NCBI RefSeq assembly: GCF_900095195.1
Contig: NZ_LT606950.1
Location: 1,131,946 to 1,163,945 of the forward strand
DNA length: 32,000 bases
Source of the DNA: Polynucleobacter necessarius
Lineage (GTDB): Bacteria > Pseudomonadota > Gammaproteobacteria > Burkholderiales > Burkholderiaceae
Direction of reading: 5' to 3'
Both the position numbers and the translations under genes were made by a program. This document shows, piece after piece, positions 18,167 through 26,680 of this stretch (its first letter is position 1; each line of letters starts with the position of its first letter). The notes below the pieces were generated by a model. It had not been told where the DNA came from and did not search any database. It worked only from the letters and a program-made list of their open reading frames with translations.

Positions 18167-18196
18167 CCCTAGAAAAATTTCTGGGGCTTTTGATTT
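18167..18196 (+). terminator. putative rho-independent terminator after ahpF
   Basis: CCCTAGAA-AAAT-TTCTGGGG (8 bp including one G-U pair) followed by CTTTTGATTTC. Confidence 0.45.
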
Positions 18197-18202
18197 CTCA
18201 TG

Positions 18203-18750
18203 CTAGCGCTTATAAAAACTCAAAGTGACTTCGCCCAGATTAATACCAAATTTACTCATTTGGGCCTTATTGATTATCACTTTGGGGGTAACCAAATACA
18301 TCCAATCGTCAAACTGCACATGGTAAATCGTGCCATCAACGGGAAGCGCTAAGGTATAAGCCCAATTGAGCGCATTACCTGCAGAGGCGCCATTAGATTC
18401 GCCCACGACATCATCCGCTTTCCCAATATATTTGCCGGGAGAAACCTCAGTCAATGTCCAGATACGCTTCTGCTTAGTGCCATCTGAATATTCAAAATTT
18501 CATCCAATGTACCAACTTTCTTGCCATCAATGGTTTTCCAATGGCATTGAATCAATACCGTGAACCGCTTGACAACCTCACCACTGCGATTGGTAAAGAT
18601 TCCATAGGCATCAACCGTTCCAGAAAAATACTCACTCAAATCCAGAGCTGGTTTCTCATTGGCGTATTGCGATATGGTCGGACTCGAACATCCAAATAGC
18701 AGAATTGTCGATGCGAACAGTGTGATGAACTTAGCAATCAATTTACTCAT
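18203..18750 (-). pseudogene. DUF3833-family lipoprotein, one frameshift
   Basis: MSKLIAKFITLFASTILLFGCSSP...YFSGTVDAYGIFTNRSGEVVKRFTV...GKKVGTLDEI runs up to a shift at the A4/T4 run 18494-18497. The frame then continues as FEYSDGTKQKRIWTLTEVSPGKYIGKADDVVGES...YHVQFDDWMYLV...LSFYKR. Confidence 0.65.
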
Positions 18751-19070
18751 GAACTACATACCTCTTGAAATATCGGTGGAGGGCAATGCATTCCCAACAA
18801 TTGCTCTCGCAACTTTGGCGCACTGGTTTTAGGGTCTAACCAAATCCCAAAAAATGCCTTGGAAAAATCTGCTCCCGGAATTTGCGCAATAGCTTTACCA
18901 TCGTAGTAGAACGTCGTTCCCTGCTTCGGAAGGTAGATTGCTGTAATGTTTTGACCAGGCTCAACATTGGGCAAAAATGAGGCTAATTCCTTGCCCCATA
19001 TCTGAGCCTTGCTTTCGGGCACGCCCAATTTCTTCATCCCTTCGACTGTGCGTTCAGCAATAGCGTGTAA
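18747..19070 (-). pseudogene. chalcone-isomerase-like family protein remnant (5' half deleted)
   Basis: The C-terminal ~100 aa read ...[88 protein letters not shown]. The upstream part of ORF 18747..19136 is antisense to the SDR remnant and is not homologous sequence. There is no signal peptide and no N-terminal domain. Confidence 0.5.
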
Positions 19071-19599
19071 AGAAAAGTTTGGACGCATTGATGTGCTCTT
19101 TAATAATGCCGGTATAGGCGCGCCCGCAGTTCCCATGGAAGAGCTGACTTACGAACAATGGATGAATGTTGTCAATGCCAATTTATGTGGTGCATTTTTA
19201 TGCTCACAAGAGGCGATGCAGATGATGAAAGCTCAATCCCCGCAAGGAGGTCGCATTATCAATAATGGTTCGATCTCTGCGCATGCACCTGGGCCAATGT
19301 CGGCACCCTACACCAGTACCAAGCATGCTATCTCAGGACTGACGAAATCGATTGCTTTAGATGGGCGGCCTTTCAATATTGCGTGCGGTCAAATTGGTAT
19401 CGGCAACGCCGCTACTGAAATGACAGAACGTATGGCAGCCGGAATCATTCAAGCCGATCATTCCATCAAGGTTGAGCCCCGCATGGATGTGGATCATGTT
19501 GGTCAAGCGGTCCTGCACATGGCTCAGTTGCCACTCGAAAGCAATATTCTCAATATGACCATTATGGCTACAAAGATGCCATTTGTTGGTCGCGGTTAA
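19050..19599 (+). pseudogene. SDR-family oxidoreductase remnant (Rossmann N-terminus, ~70 aa, deleted)
   Basis: Recognisable sequence starts at ...[22 protein letters not shown] (NNAG motif). The catalytic S...YTSTK (YxxxK) is present. There is no TGxxxGxG and no plausible start or RBS. The 5' end meets the CHI-like remnant head-to-head at ~19050-19075. Confidence 0.7.
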
Positions 19600-19988
19600 A
19601 GCAGTTCGCTGATTTCGATTAAATTTTGATCGGGATCGCGAACATAGACTGAATTAATTTTTGCAGTCGCTCCCGTTCGAACGACAGGGCCCTCAACTAT
19701 AGGCCAACGCTCCCGATCAAGAATGGCTATCACCTCGACTAGCGGGCGATCCGCGATAAAACAAAGATCCAATGATCCAGGCGTTGGAATGTTGGCCTTT
19801 GGCTCAAACTCCTTGCCTTTAATATGCAAGTTTATTTTTTGATTACCGAACTTAAAGGCTTTACGCTCTACCGGCGGAGTTCCACCAATAAAGGACTCAA
19901 GTTTCATTCCCAATACGCGAGTATAAAAATTAACGCAAGCCATCTCATCGGTTGTTGTTAATACCAAATGGTCTAAATGATCAATCAT
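19596..19988 (-). CDS. VOC-family (glyoxalase/bleomycin-resistance/dioxygenase fold) protein
   Basis: 130 aa from ATG 19988: [33 protein letters not shown]...[18 protein letters not shown]. An alternative ATG lies at 20009. The 228-aa track ORF is over-extended into the HMG-CoA lyase pseudogene in a wrong frame. Confidence 0.7.
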   Translation of the reverse strand: MIDHLDHLVLTTTDEMACVNFYTRVLGMKLESFIGGTPPVERKAFKFGNQKINLHIKGKEFEPKANIPTPGSLDLCFIADRPLVEVIAILDRERWPIVEGPVVRTGATAKINSVYVRDPDQNLIEISELL

Positions 19989-19995
19989 GTTCACC

Positions 19996-20924
19996 TCATC
20001 GAAGTTCATTAATCGAGGCTGGTGCTGGATGCAAATCACATGTTCGGCCTGCTTTAGCAACCTGCCCCGGAACAGCATGTCCAACAATAGTCGGCAACTC
20101 ACGTGCCAATACCAACAATTTAGGGAGATCAATACCCGTGTCGTAACCCATTGCATCGAGCATATGAATCGCATCCTCACTGGAAATATTGCCGCTAGCG
20201 CCAGGTGCATACGGACAACCACCCAAACCGCCAAGCGAGCCATCAAACCGAACAATCCCTGCCTGCACAGCAGCCAACACATTGGCTAAGCCATACCTCT
20301 AGTATTGTGAAAATGCATTGTGAGCTGCGTTTGTGGAAATTTTTTCTGCAGCGATTCGGCAATACGTGTGACTTGGGCTGGGTTGGCCATGCCCGTGGTG
20401 TCACAAATGATCAGTCCTCGCACTCCCAAATTCACAAAACGTTGGGCAAACTGCTCCACCACTTCCTGCGAAACATCACCCTCCATCGGACATCCAAAAC
20501 AAGTGGATAAGGAAACATTGATTGGCGCCCCACCATTGACATATTGAATAACTTCAGCCAAACCTGCAAAACTTTTTTCTCGTGTCATCCGAAGATTGGC
20601 AAGATTATGCGTTTCGGAAGTGGACATTACCAAATTGAACTCGTCTGCCTTTGACTCTAATGCGCGCTCTGCTCAGCGCAAATTGGGAACGAGAACGGTG
20701 TATTCAACGCCAGAAACTCGTCGTATTTTCCCCATGACTTCTTCCGCATCCCTCAGCATTGGAATAGCCTTTGGAGAGGTGAATGAAGCGACTTCAATTT
20801 TAGCAAAACCGCAGTCACTCAAACCATTAATCAGCCTAACCTTGTCTTCGGTAGGAATAAAGTTGGGCTCAATTTGAAAGCCGTCACGCGTTACTACGTC
20901 ATTGAAATATATTCTAGTCATCAT
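19996..20924 (-). pseudogene. hydroxymethylglutaryl-CoA lyase (HMGL-like), in-frame stop plus frameshift
   Basis: MMTRIYFNDVVTRDGFQIEP...VLVPNLR is followed by TGA 20675-20673 in frame. It continues AERALESKADEFNLVMSTSETHNLANL...MHFHNTRGM up to a frameshift at ~20283-20290. It then reads GLANVLAAVQAGIVRFDGSLGGLGGCPYAPGASGNISSEDAIHML... to the stop at 19998-19996. Confidence 0.85.
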
Positions 20925-21510
20925 ATTTTCTTATTGAGTAAATGCCACGCAACGGTCAAGGCATGGAGCTTTAAGAGTGGTTTAAGTTCACGCAGCAAGG
21001 TGATCATGCCGCCGGCATCATGGAAGTTCTCCATATAATGATCGCCTGATAGCTTAAGATCTAACAAGACAGGGGTTTCATCACCCATTTTGTCTAATGC
21101 ATCGAGATCAATCTCTAGACCCATGCGACCCGCTATGGCAGCTAGGTGCACAATACCGTTAATAGCCAGTAAGACACGCATCGCATTCTCAAAAGCATCA
21201 GCAGTGAGAATCTTGTCAATCGTCAGACCATCCTTGGCCATCTGCACGGCCCTGGCGCCCGTCTCCTCTGCAACCCGAATACGATCAGCAGTCACTGCGG
21301 GCGGCGATGCACCACCTGGCACTGTCATTCCTAATGCTTCAGCAATACACGCCATCGTGCTGGCTGTTCCCATGACTGAACAGGTACCACACTGGCTACG
21401 AGTTGATCGTTCACTTCATCTTTTTCAACGTCATCAATTTCACCTGCGCGAAATTTTCCCCAATATCGACGACAGTCTGTACAGGCACCCACACGCTCAG
21501 AGCGATGTGA
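20921..21510 (-). pseudogene. IlvD/Edd-family dehydratase remnant (internal ~200 aa only)
   Basis: ...GACTDCRRYWGKFRAGEIDDVEKDEV...S(frameshift)CGTCSVMGTASTMACIAEALGMTVPGGASPPAV...AFENAMRVLLAI(N)GIVHLAAIAGRMGLEIDL...TPVLLDLKLSGDHYMENFHDAGGMITLLRELK. The GTCxxMGTASTM and AEALG blocks are typical of the sugar-acid dehydratase branch. Both the N-terminal ~150 aa and the C-terminal ~200 aa are missing. The 3' end runs into the HMGL start (ATGA overlap). The 5' boundary is uncertain. Confidence 0.6.
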
Positions 21511-21529
21511 TCCACATTATTTGCCCCTC

Positions 21530-22125
21530 CAACAAAAGAGCTATGAATTTGGCTATCGTTATAAGCAGTGGTTTGTGCCACTACATCAGCCAAGGCGCCC
21601 GTTGTTGATGGAGGCAACGGCGGCATTCTCCTAATAGCATCGGCTGGTTTTGCAAATTTCAGCCGATGTCTTTCAACCTACTGCCGAAACTGTGTGTATA
21701 TATTTGGCATATTCTTCAAATCAAAAGGAAGATCGTGAGGATCCAACATGCTGGATTGCCAGAGATTGAGCACTTCAAATCCTGCTGCACCTAATTTTTT
21801 AATTTGCTCGACTTCTTCGGGGGCCTCTATTTGCTCGCACAAACTGCGGTCGAAGTTTTTCGAAGATTTCTAGAACATCCCCTTTAAATTCAACTAGCTC
21901 AGATCCCAATGCCTGAATCTGCGACCTCAAATCCTCAATCGATTCTTGCAAAAAGTTTCTTCGGTGCCGACTTACCCTCTCAAATCCCCACTGAGTTTTA
22001 GCCCCCAAGGCACTTTCGTGAATATAGATTGGCAATAACGATCCAGCATGCTGACAAGCCAACACCAATGCTGGATTATCTTCAATACGAAGATCATTTC
22101 TAAACCAATAAATGGCAGGAGTCAT
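21530..22125 (-). pseudogene. cryptochrome-DASH/photolyase-family remnant (N-terminal ~200 aa; frameshift, in-frame stop, FAD-binding domain deleted)
   Basis: MTPAIYWFRNDLRIEDNPAL...GFERVSRHRRNFLQESIEDLRSQIQALGSELV runs up to a frameshift at ~21835-21845. It continues CEQIEAPEEVEQIKKLGAAGFEVLNLWQSSMLDPHDLPFDLKNMPNIYTQFRQ, then an in-frame TAG, then VERHRLKFAKPADAIRRMPPLPP...SSFVGG. The spacing from FRQ to FVGG (50 aa) matches the Synechocystis Cry-DASH FRK..FQGG spacing (51 aa) as I recall that sequence. Nothing downstream corresponds to the FAD domain. Confidence 0.7.
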
Positions 22126-23547
22126 TAATTGTTAATTTCTGCGGAATTGATTATTGATTTACCATGGATTGGTATTACGCCCCTTTTATGTGATCCAGCT
22201 AGAGCTTGTCGCAGAATCTTATAAATATCAAAATCGAATTCCGCATCTCCAGACTCAGACAGCTCATAAAGTTCATCCTCATTAATGGCTGTTCCAAGAT
22301 AACACCATTGATCCACAACAATCATCTCTCCGCCCTCTCTAATTGCGATCTGGCCTGAATATGGCCAAACCTGAACTTTAAAGAACTCTAGAGCAGTTTT
22401 TAATTGCAAGTTATGAAAGCTATCGGGGTTTGATTGATGCATGCGCCACCGCATTGCTTGACTTGGTATCCAAAGCAAGGTTTACCAATCACCCTCTTTT
22501 CAAACCCCAGAAGAGCCTCGCACAGATGATATTTCTTTGCAATTGCTTTTAAATATCGATGGGCCTCTCGCTTGCTATAAAAGAGTCCGTATAAGTTATC
22601 TTGCAGTCCAGGGGCCAATTGGTGATGCGTCACCAATGTAGGGACCAACACTTTAGCGTCACCCTCAACCAGACTCCAACCACAAAGATCCTTAGACCTT
22701 CGTAATTTAATATTCATACTGGGCATGCGCTCCTTAATCAGCCTAGACTCTAGTATCAGAGCACCCAATTCTCCACTAGTTTCAATCCAATCAATATCAC
22801 GCACTTGCATAGAGAGCTTCATCTCTTTACGTTGAGTTAATGCCCCTTGAAAATGACCCATCACTCTACTACGCAAAGAAATGCTCTTACCGATATAAAG
22901 GGGGTTTTATTTTCTCCATAAAAAATGTAGCAACCAGGGCCATCGGGGATCGAATCAATGAGTTCTTTGTCAATATTTGGCGGCAAACTGGGATTTCCAA
23001 CAAGGTGATCAATCGCCTCTACCAATCTCTTTTTTCCAAATTTTTCTGCGCAAACCTGCCAAAACTGATACAACAGGTCTGCGTCTCCAAGCGCTCGATG
23101 ACGCGCATTGACCTGAAGTTTGTGCGCTTGAATAATGGTATCGAGATTATGGCAAGACTGCTCTGGAAAAAGCATTCTTGAAAGCTTTACAGTGCACAGC
23201 ACCTTGGGCTTGAAATCAATGCCGATCCTTCTAAAGGAGGCCTTAATAAAGCCATAGTCAAATCGAGCATTATGGGCAACGAAGATTTTGCCCTCTAACT
23301 CACGTTTCAAATCTTCCGCAATCTCTTCAAAACTGGGCTGACGATCCACCATTTGAGGCGTGATGCCGGTAAGTCGTTAAATATTTTTCGGAATAAAGGT
23401 TTGCGGGTTAATTAGGCGTTCCCATGTATGAATTCCATTTTTTGAAAGCGTTTTTATGCCAATCTCAGTGATGCGATCACGATCAAAGTGAGAGCCCGTA
23501 GTTTCGATATCTACGAAAGCCAAATCAGAATATGGGGTGTTTTCCAC
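22125..23547 (-). pseudogene. DnaQ-like 3'-5' exonuclease fused to a GIY-YIG/UvrC-like (Cho-type) nuclease; in-frame stop plus two frameshifts
   Basis: GTG 23547 gives VENTPYSDLAFVDIETTGSHFDRDRITEIG...FIPKNI, then TAA 23379-23377 in frame. It continues RLTGITPQMVDRQPSFEEIAEDL...VAHNARFDYGF...ALGDADLL...PGCYIFYGENKTP up to a frameshift at the G5/C5 run 22900-22904. It continues LYIGKSISLRSRVMGHF...CFGYQVKQCGGAC up to a frameshift at ~22425-22440. It ends ...FHNLQLKTALEFFKVQVWPYSGQIAIRE.... Confidence 0.8.
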
Positions 23548-23673
23548 AGAATTACGAAGTTTTATATGGGACGCCTAGAGATGAATCCCAATATTGACAC
23601 AAGCAAAATAACTTTGCACATTCAATGGCTATTTAGGAGCTAAAACATTTAAGCTATAAATGTGTGAGGTACT

Positions 23674-23710
23674 CTAAAGACAAAACCCCCACCATTACTG
23701 ATGAGGGTTT
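23674..23710 (-). terminator. putative rho-independent terminator after the tRNA
   Basis: The minus strand reads AAACCCTCATC-AGTAAT-GGTGGGGGTTT (11 bp including 2 G-U pairs) followed by TGTCTTT. Confidence 0.4.
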
Positions 23711-23717
23711 GTGCTTC

Positions 23718-23794
23718 TGGTGGGCCCACCAGGACTTGAACCTGGGACCAAAGGATTATGAGTCCTCTGCTCTAACCAACTGAGCTATAGGCCC
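23718..23794 (-). tRNA. ileX: tRNA with CAU anticodon, most likely tRNA-Ile2 (lysidine type) rather than elongator Met
   Basis: The minus strand reads GGGCCTATAGCTCAGTTGGTTAGAGCAGAGGACTCATAATCCTTTGGTCCCAGGTTCAAGTCCTGGTGGGCCCACCA (77 nt, encoded CCA). It folds as a cloverleaf with a 7-bp acceptor stem and a CT-CAT-AA anticodon loop. It is close to E. coli ileX as I remember it, including the C4-G69 and C5-G68 pairs. Its position just downstream of rpoD matches E. coli. Confidence 0.9.
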
Positions 23795-23807
23795 GTTAGT
23801 CTTTGGT

Positions 23808-26444
23808 TCAACCTTCCTCAAGGAAGGTCTTGAGTTTATCGCTACGGCTTGGATGACGCATCTTGCGAAGAGCCTTCGCTTCAATCTGACGAATACGCTC
23901 ACGAGTAACATCAAACTGTTTACCAACTTCTTCAAGAGTGTGGTCTGTGCTCATCTCAACACCGAAGCGCATCCGCAATACTTTTGCCTCGCGTGGCGTC
24001 AATGAATCCAAAACATCCTTCACCACATCGCGCATAGAGTCGTGCAATGCCGCTTCTGCTGGGGCCAAGGTGTTGCCATCCTCAATAAAGTCACCCAAAT
24101 GGGAATCTTCATCATCGCCAATTGGCGTTTCCATAGAAATCGGCTCTTTCGCAATTTTCATGATCTTGCGAATCTTATCCTCAGGAATCTCCATCTTCAG
24201 CGCCAAGGTTGCAGCATCTGGCTCATGACCAGTTTCTTGCAGAATCTGACGGCTGATACGGTTCATCTTGTTGATGGTCTCAATCATGTGAACGGGGATG
24301 CGGATCGTACGTGCCTGATCAGCAATCGAGCGGGTAATTGCCTGACGGATCCACCATGTTGCATAGGTAGAGAACTTGTAACCACGACGGTATTCAAACT
24401 TATCTACCGCTTTCATCAAGCCGATATTGCCCTCTTGAATTAAGTCCAAGAACTGCAAACCACGATTGGTGTATTTCTTTGCAATCGAAATCACCAAGCG
24501 CAAGTTGGCTACGGTCATCTCACGCTTTGTTTCACGAGCCCGCTTCTCACCCGCAATCATTTGCTTGTTTACTTCTTTTAATTCCGGGAGCGGAATCACG
24601 ACATTCTTTTGAAGATCAATTAATTTCTGTTGTAGCTCTTGAATTGCAGGTACATTGCGTTGCAAGAGAGCACTGTAAGGCTTGCTCTCTTTTAGCAACT
24701 TATCAGTCCACTCTAAATTCATGGACATCTTTGGGAAGTCTTTTAATACTTCATCACGATTCACGCCAACCTTATCCACTAACAAGCTAACAATGCCACG
24801 CTCTAGTTTCCATACTTGGTCTACTTGTGCGCGCATGGTGTCGCACAACTTCTCAACACTCTTCACAGTTAAGCGGAAACCGAGTAATTCAGCGCGAATG
24901 GCATTTTGTGCCTTGATGTAGGCGGGACTGTTATAACCATCCTTGTCAAAAGCGCGACGCATCTTATCAGCTTGGGTTCGTACGATGGCGAACTTTTGCA
25001 ATGAGATTTGTTTCAACTCTTCAAGCTGTTTAGCATTTGCTGTTGCAGCGCCACCGCCGCCTTCGTCATCAGCCTTATCTTCGCCTTCATCGGCATCTTG
25101 GTCGATCTCTGGCTCATCGGGCCCAAGCTTGATGTCTTCCGCATTAGGATCGACAAGGCCATCAACAAATTGGTCGATCTCCAGCTCACCAGCAGCAATC
25201 TTGTCAACGTTACTGAGGATTTCCGCAATTGTTACTGGGCAAGCAGACAATGCCATCACCATATCTTTGAGGCCAGCCTCAATCTTCTTGGCAATAACGA
25301 TTTCACCTTCACGCGTTAACAAATCAACAGTACCCATTTCGCGCATGTACATACGCACAGGGTCAGTAGTACGACCGAATTCAGAATCCACTGTTGAAAG
25401 AGCTGTTTCAGCCTCTTCCTCCGCTTCCTCTTCAGAAACTGCGGCTGCCGTGTTGTCTGACAAGATTAATGTTTCTGCGTCAGGAGCCTGTTCGTAAACC
25501 GTAATACCAATATCGTTTAACAAGCTAATCAGTGTTTCCAATGCATCAGCATCAGAAAGCTCATCTGACATCACGTCATTCATTTCGCCATGAGTCAGGT
25601 AACCCTTGGACATACCCATCTTGATCAATGTCTTCAGACGAGCACGACGCAATTCTTGTTGCTCTTCAGTACCCAACTGCTGAGCTGCGAACTCCTTTAA
25701 GAGCGCTTTTTCTTTCGCCTTACGCTCGCGAGCTTTTTGACGATCTGTTAATACCGGTTCAGGAGCATCTGCTGGGGCATCATCTGCCTTAGCTTTACGA
25801 CCACGTTTTTTCTCTTCTTCAGGCGCCGCAACTACTTCTGCGACTTTACCTTTTTTGCCCTTTAAGTCTTTTGCGTCTTCAACCTTTACAGCAACCGCTT
25901 TGCCTTTTTTTACTGGCTCCACTTTTACTTCAGCTTTGGTGGCTTTCGCTGGCTTAGCCAACTCCTTAGCAACAACCTTTCCTTTTGGCGCAGGCTTCAC
26001 AACTGCTTTGACAGTCTTAGCTGGAACTTTAGCTACTGCCTTTGCCTTTTGTACTAGCTTTGCAGTCACCTTAACGGATTTAGATGGTGTCTTTGCCTTT
26101 GGCGCTGGCTTTGCAGGAGCCTTGGCAACCACTTTTGTCTTTGGCGCAGGTTTGGCTGGTGCTTTCGCTTTTGTCACCGGCTTTGCAGGGGCCTTAGTTC
26201 TTGCAATAGGTTTGGCTGGAGCTTTAGCAACAGGCTTTGTCTTAGAAACCGGTTTTGCAGGCGCTTTTGCTTTTGCCTTAGCGACTGGCTTCGCAGGAGC
26301 TTTGGTTTTTGCAGCAGGCTTTGCAGGAGCTTTGGTTTTTGCAGCAGGCTTTGCAGGAGCTTTGGTTTTTGCAGCAGGCTTTGCAGGAGCCTTGGCAACG
26401 GTTTTTACTTTTGGAGCTGGTTTTTTGGTCTTGGAATTCGGCAT
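23808..26444 (-). CDS. rpoD: RNA polymerase sigma factor RpoD (sigma70) with a ~260-aa lysine/alanine/proline-rich N-terminal extension
   Basis: Uninterrupted 878-aa ORF. From ~residue 269 it is colinear with E. coli RpoD ([11 protein letters not shown]..., [101 protein letters not shown]). Residues 1-205 are KAP/KPA repeats. Confidence 0.95.
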   Translation of the reverse strand: MPNSKTKKPAPKVKTVAKAPAKPAAKTKAPAKPAAKTKAPAKPAAKTKAPAKPVAKAKAKAPAKPVSKTKPVAKAPAKPIARTKAPAKPVTKAKAPAKPAPKTKVVAKAPAKPAPKAKTPSKSVKVTAKLVQKAKAVAKVPAKTVKAVVKPAPKGKVVAKELAKPAKATKAEVKVEPVKKGKAVAVKVEDAKDLKGKKGKVAEVVAAPEEEKKRGRKAKADDAPADAPEPVLTDRQKARERKAKEKALLKEFAAQQLGTEEQQELRRARLKTLIKMGMSKGYLTHGEMNDVMSDELSDADALETLISLLNDIGITVYEQAPDAETLILSDNTAAAVSEEEAEEEAETALSTVDSEFGRTTDPVRMYMREMGTVDLLTREGEIVIAKKIEAGLKDMVMALSACPVTIAEILSNVDKIAAGELEIDQFVDGLVDPNAEDIKLGPDEPEIDQDADEGEDKADDEGGGGAATANAKQLEELKQISLQKFAIVRTQADKMRRAFDKDGYNSPAYIKAQNAIRAELLGFRLTVKSVEKLCDTMRAQVDQVWKLERGIVSLLVDKVGVNRDEVLKDFPKMSMNLEWTDKLLKESKPYSALLQRNVPAIQELQQKLIDLQKNVVIPLPELKEVNKQMIAGEKRARETKREMTVANLRLVISIAKKYTNRGLQFLDLIQEGNIGLMKAVDKFEYRRGYKFSTYATWWIRQAITRSIADQARTIRIPVHMIETINKMNRISRQILQETGHEPDAATLALKMEIPEDKIRKIMKIAKEPISMETPIGDDEDSHLGDFIEDGNTLAPAEAALHDSMRDVVKDVLDSLTPREAKVLRMRFGVEMSTDHTLEEVGKQFDVTRERIRQIEAKALRKMRHPSRSDKLKTFLEEG
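26293..26390. repeat. perfect 30-bp tandem repeat (3.3 copies) inside the rpoD 5' coding region
   Basis: The unit gcaggagctttggtttttgcagcaggcttt occupies 26293-26322, 26323-26352 and 26353-26382 identically, with a partial copy to 26390. It encodes [10 protein letters not shown] x3 in frame. Degenerate copies of the same motif extend across ~26100-26420. Confidence 0.9.
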
Positions 26445-26680
26445 TTATTAGCACTTACTCACATTACTGTTGTTGAACAGGACTGATCTGATTAAGCACA
26501 GCCCCGCAATTTACTTACCCTCTTACCCTGAATTTCAAGAAAATCAAGCGCAAGTGACTGAATTAATTCGTTTTTTTCTTGGGAAAAGAGGATTATAGTC
26601 GATTGCGACTTTTTAAGCCCCCAATTACCTAAAAATATGGGGTAATTTCAGCCGATTTCCAGGGATGTTTCAGTAAATTC

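Noticed and set aside
19989-20282. N-terminal 98 residues of the 228-aa ORF 19596..20282
   Set aside because: This stretch is an out-of-frame read-through of the HMG-CoA lyase pseudogene. The true frame there gives LAAVQAGIVRFDGSLGGLGGCPYAPGA.... Only the C-terminal 130 aa form the VOC-family gene.
22125-23547. The exonuclease plus GIY-YIG nuclease fusion as a candidate novel anti-phage defence gene
   Set aside because: The architecture matches the widespread DnaQ-like/Cho (UvrC homologue) repair fusion. The gene is interrupted by a stop and two frameshifts and has no partner genes, so there is no evidence for a defence system.
26100-26420. Regularly spaced ~30-bp repeats that could superficially suggest a CRISPR array or minisatellite locus
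   Set aside because: The copies are directly adjacent with no unique spacers. They lie in frame inside the rpoD ORF and encode the KAP-rich peptide repeat. No cas genes or leader are present.
25855-26451. 198-aa plus-strand ORF with [10 protein letters not shown] repeats (and the 74-aa minus-strand ORF 26174..26398)
   Set aside because: These are antisense or alternative-frame shadows of the rpoD repeat region. Low-complexity repeats keep all frames open, and neither ORF has independent start signals.
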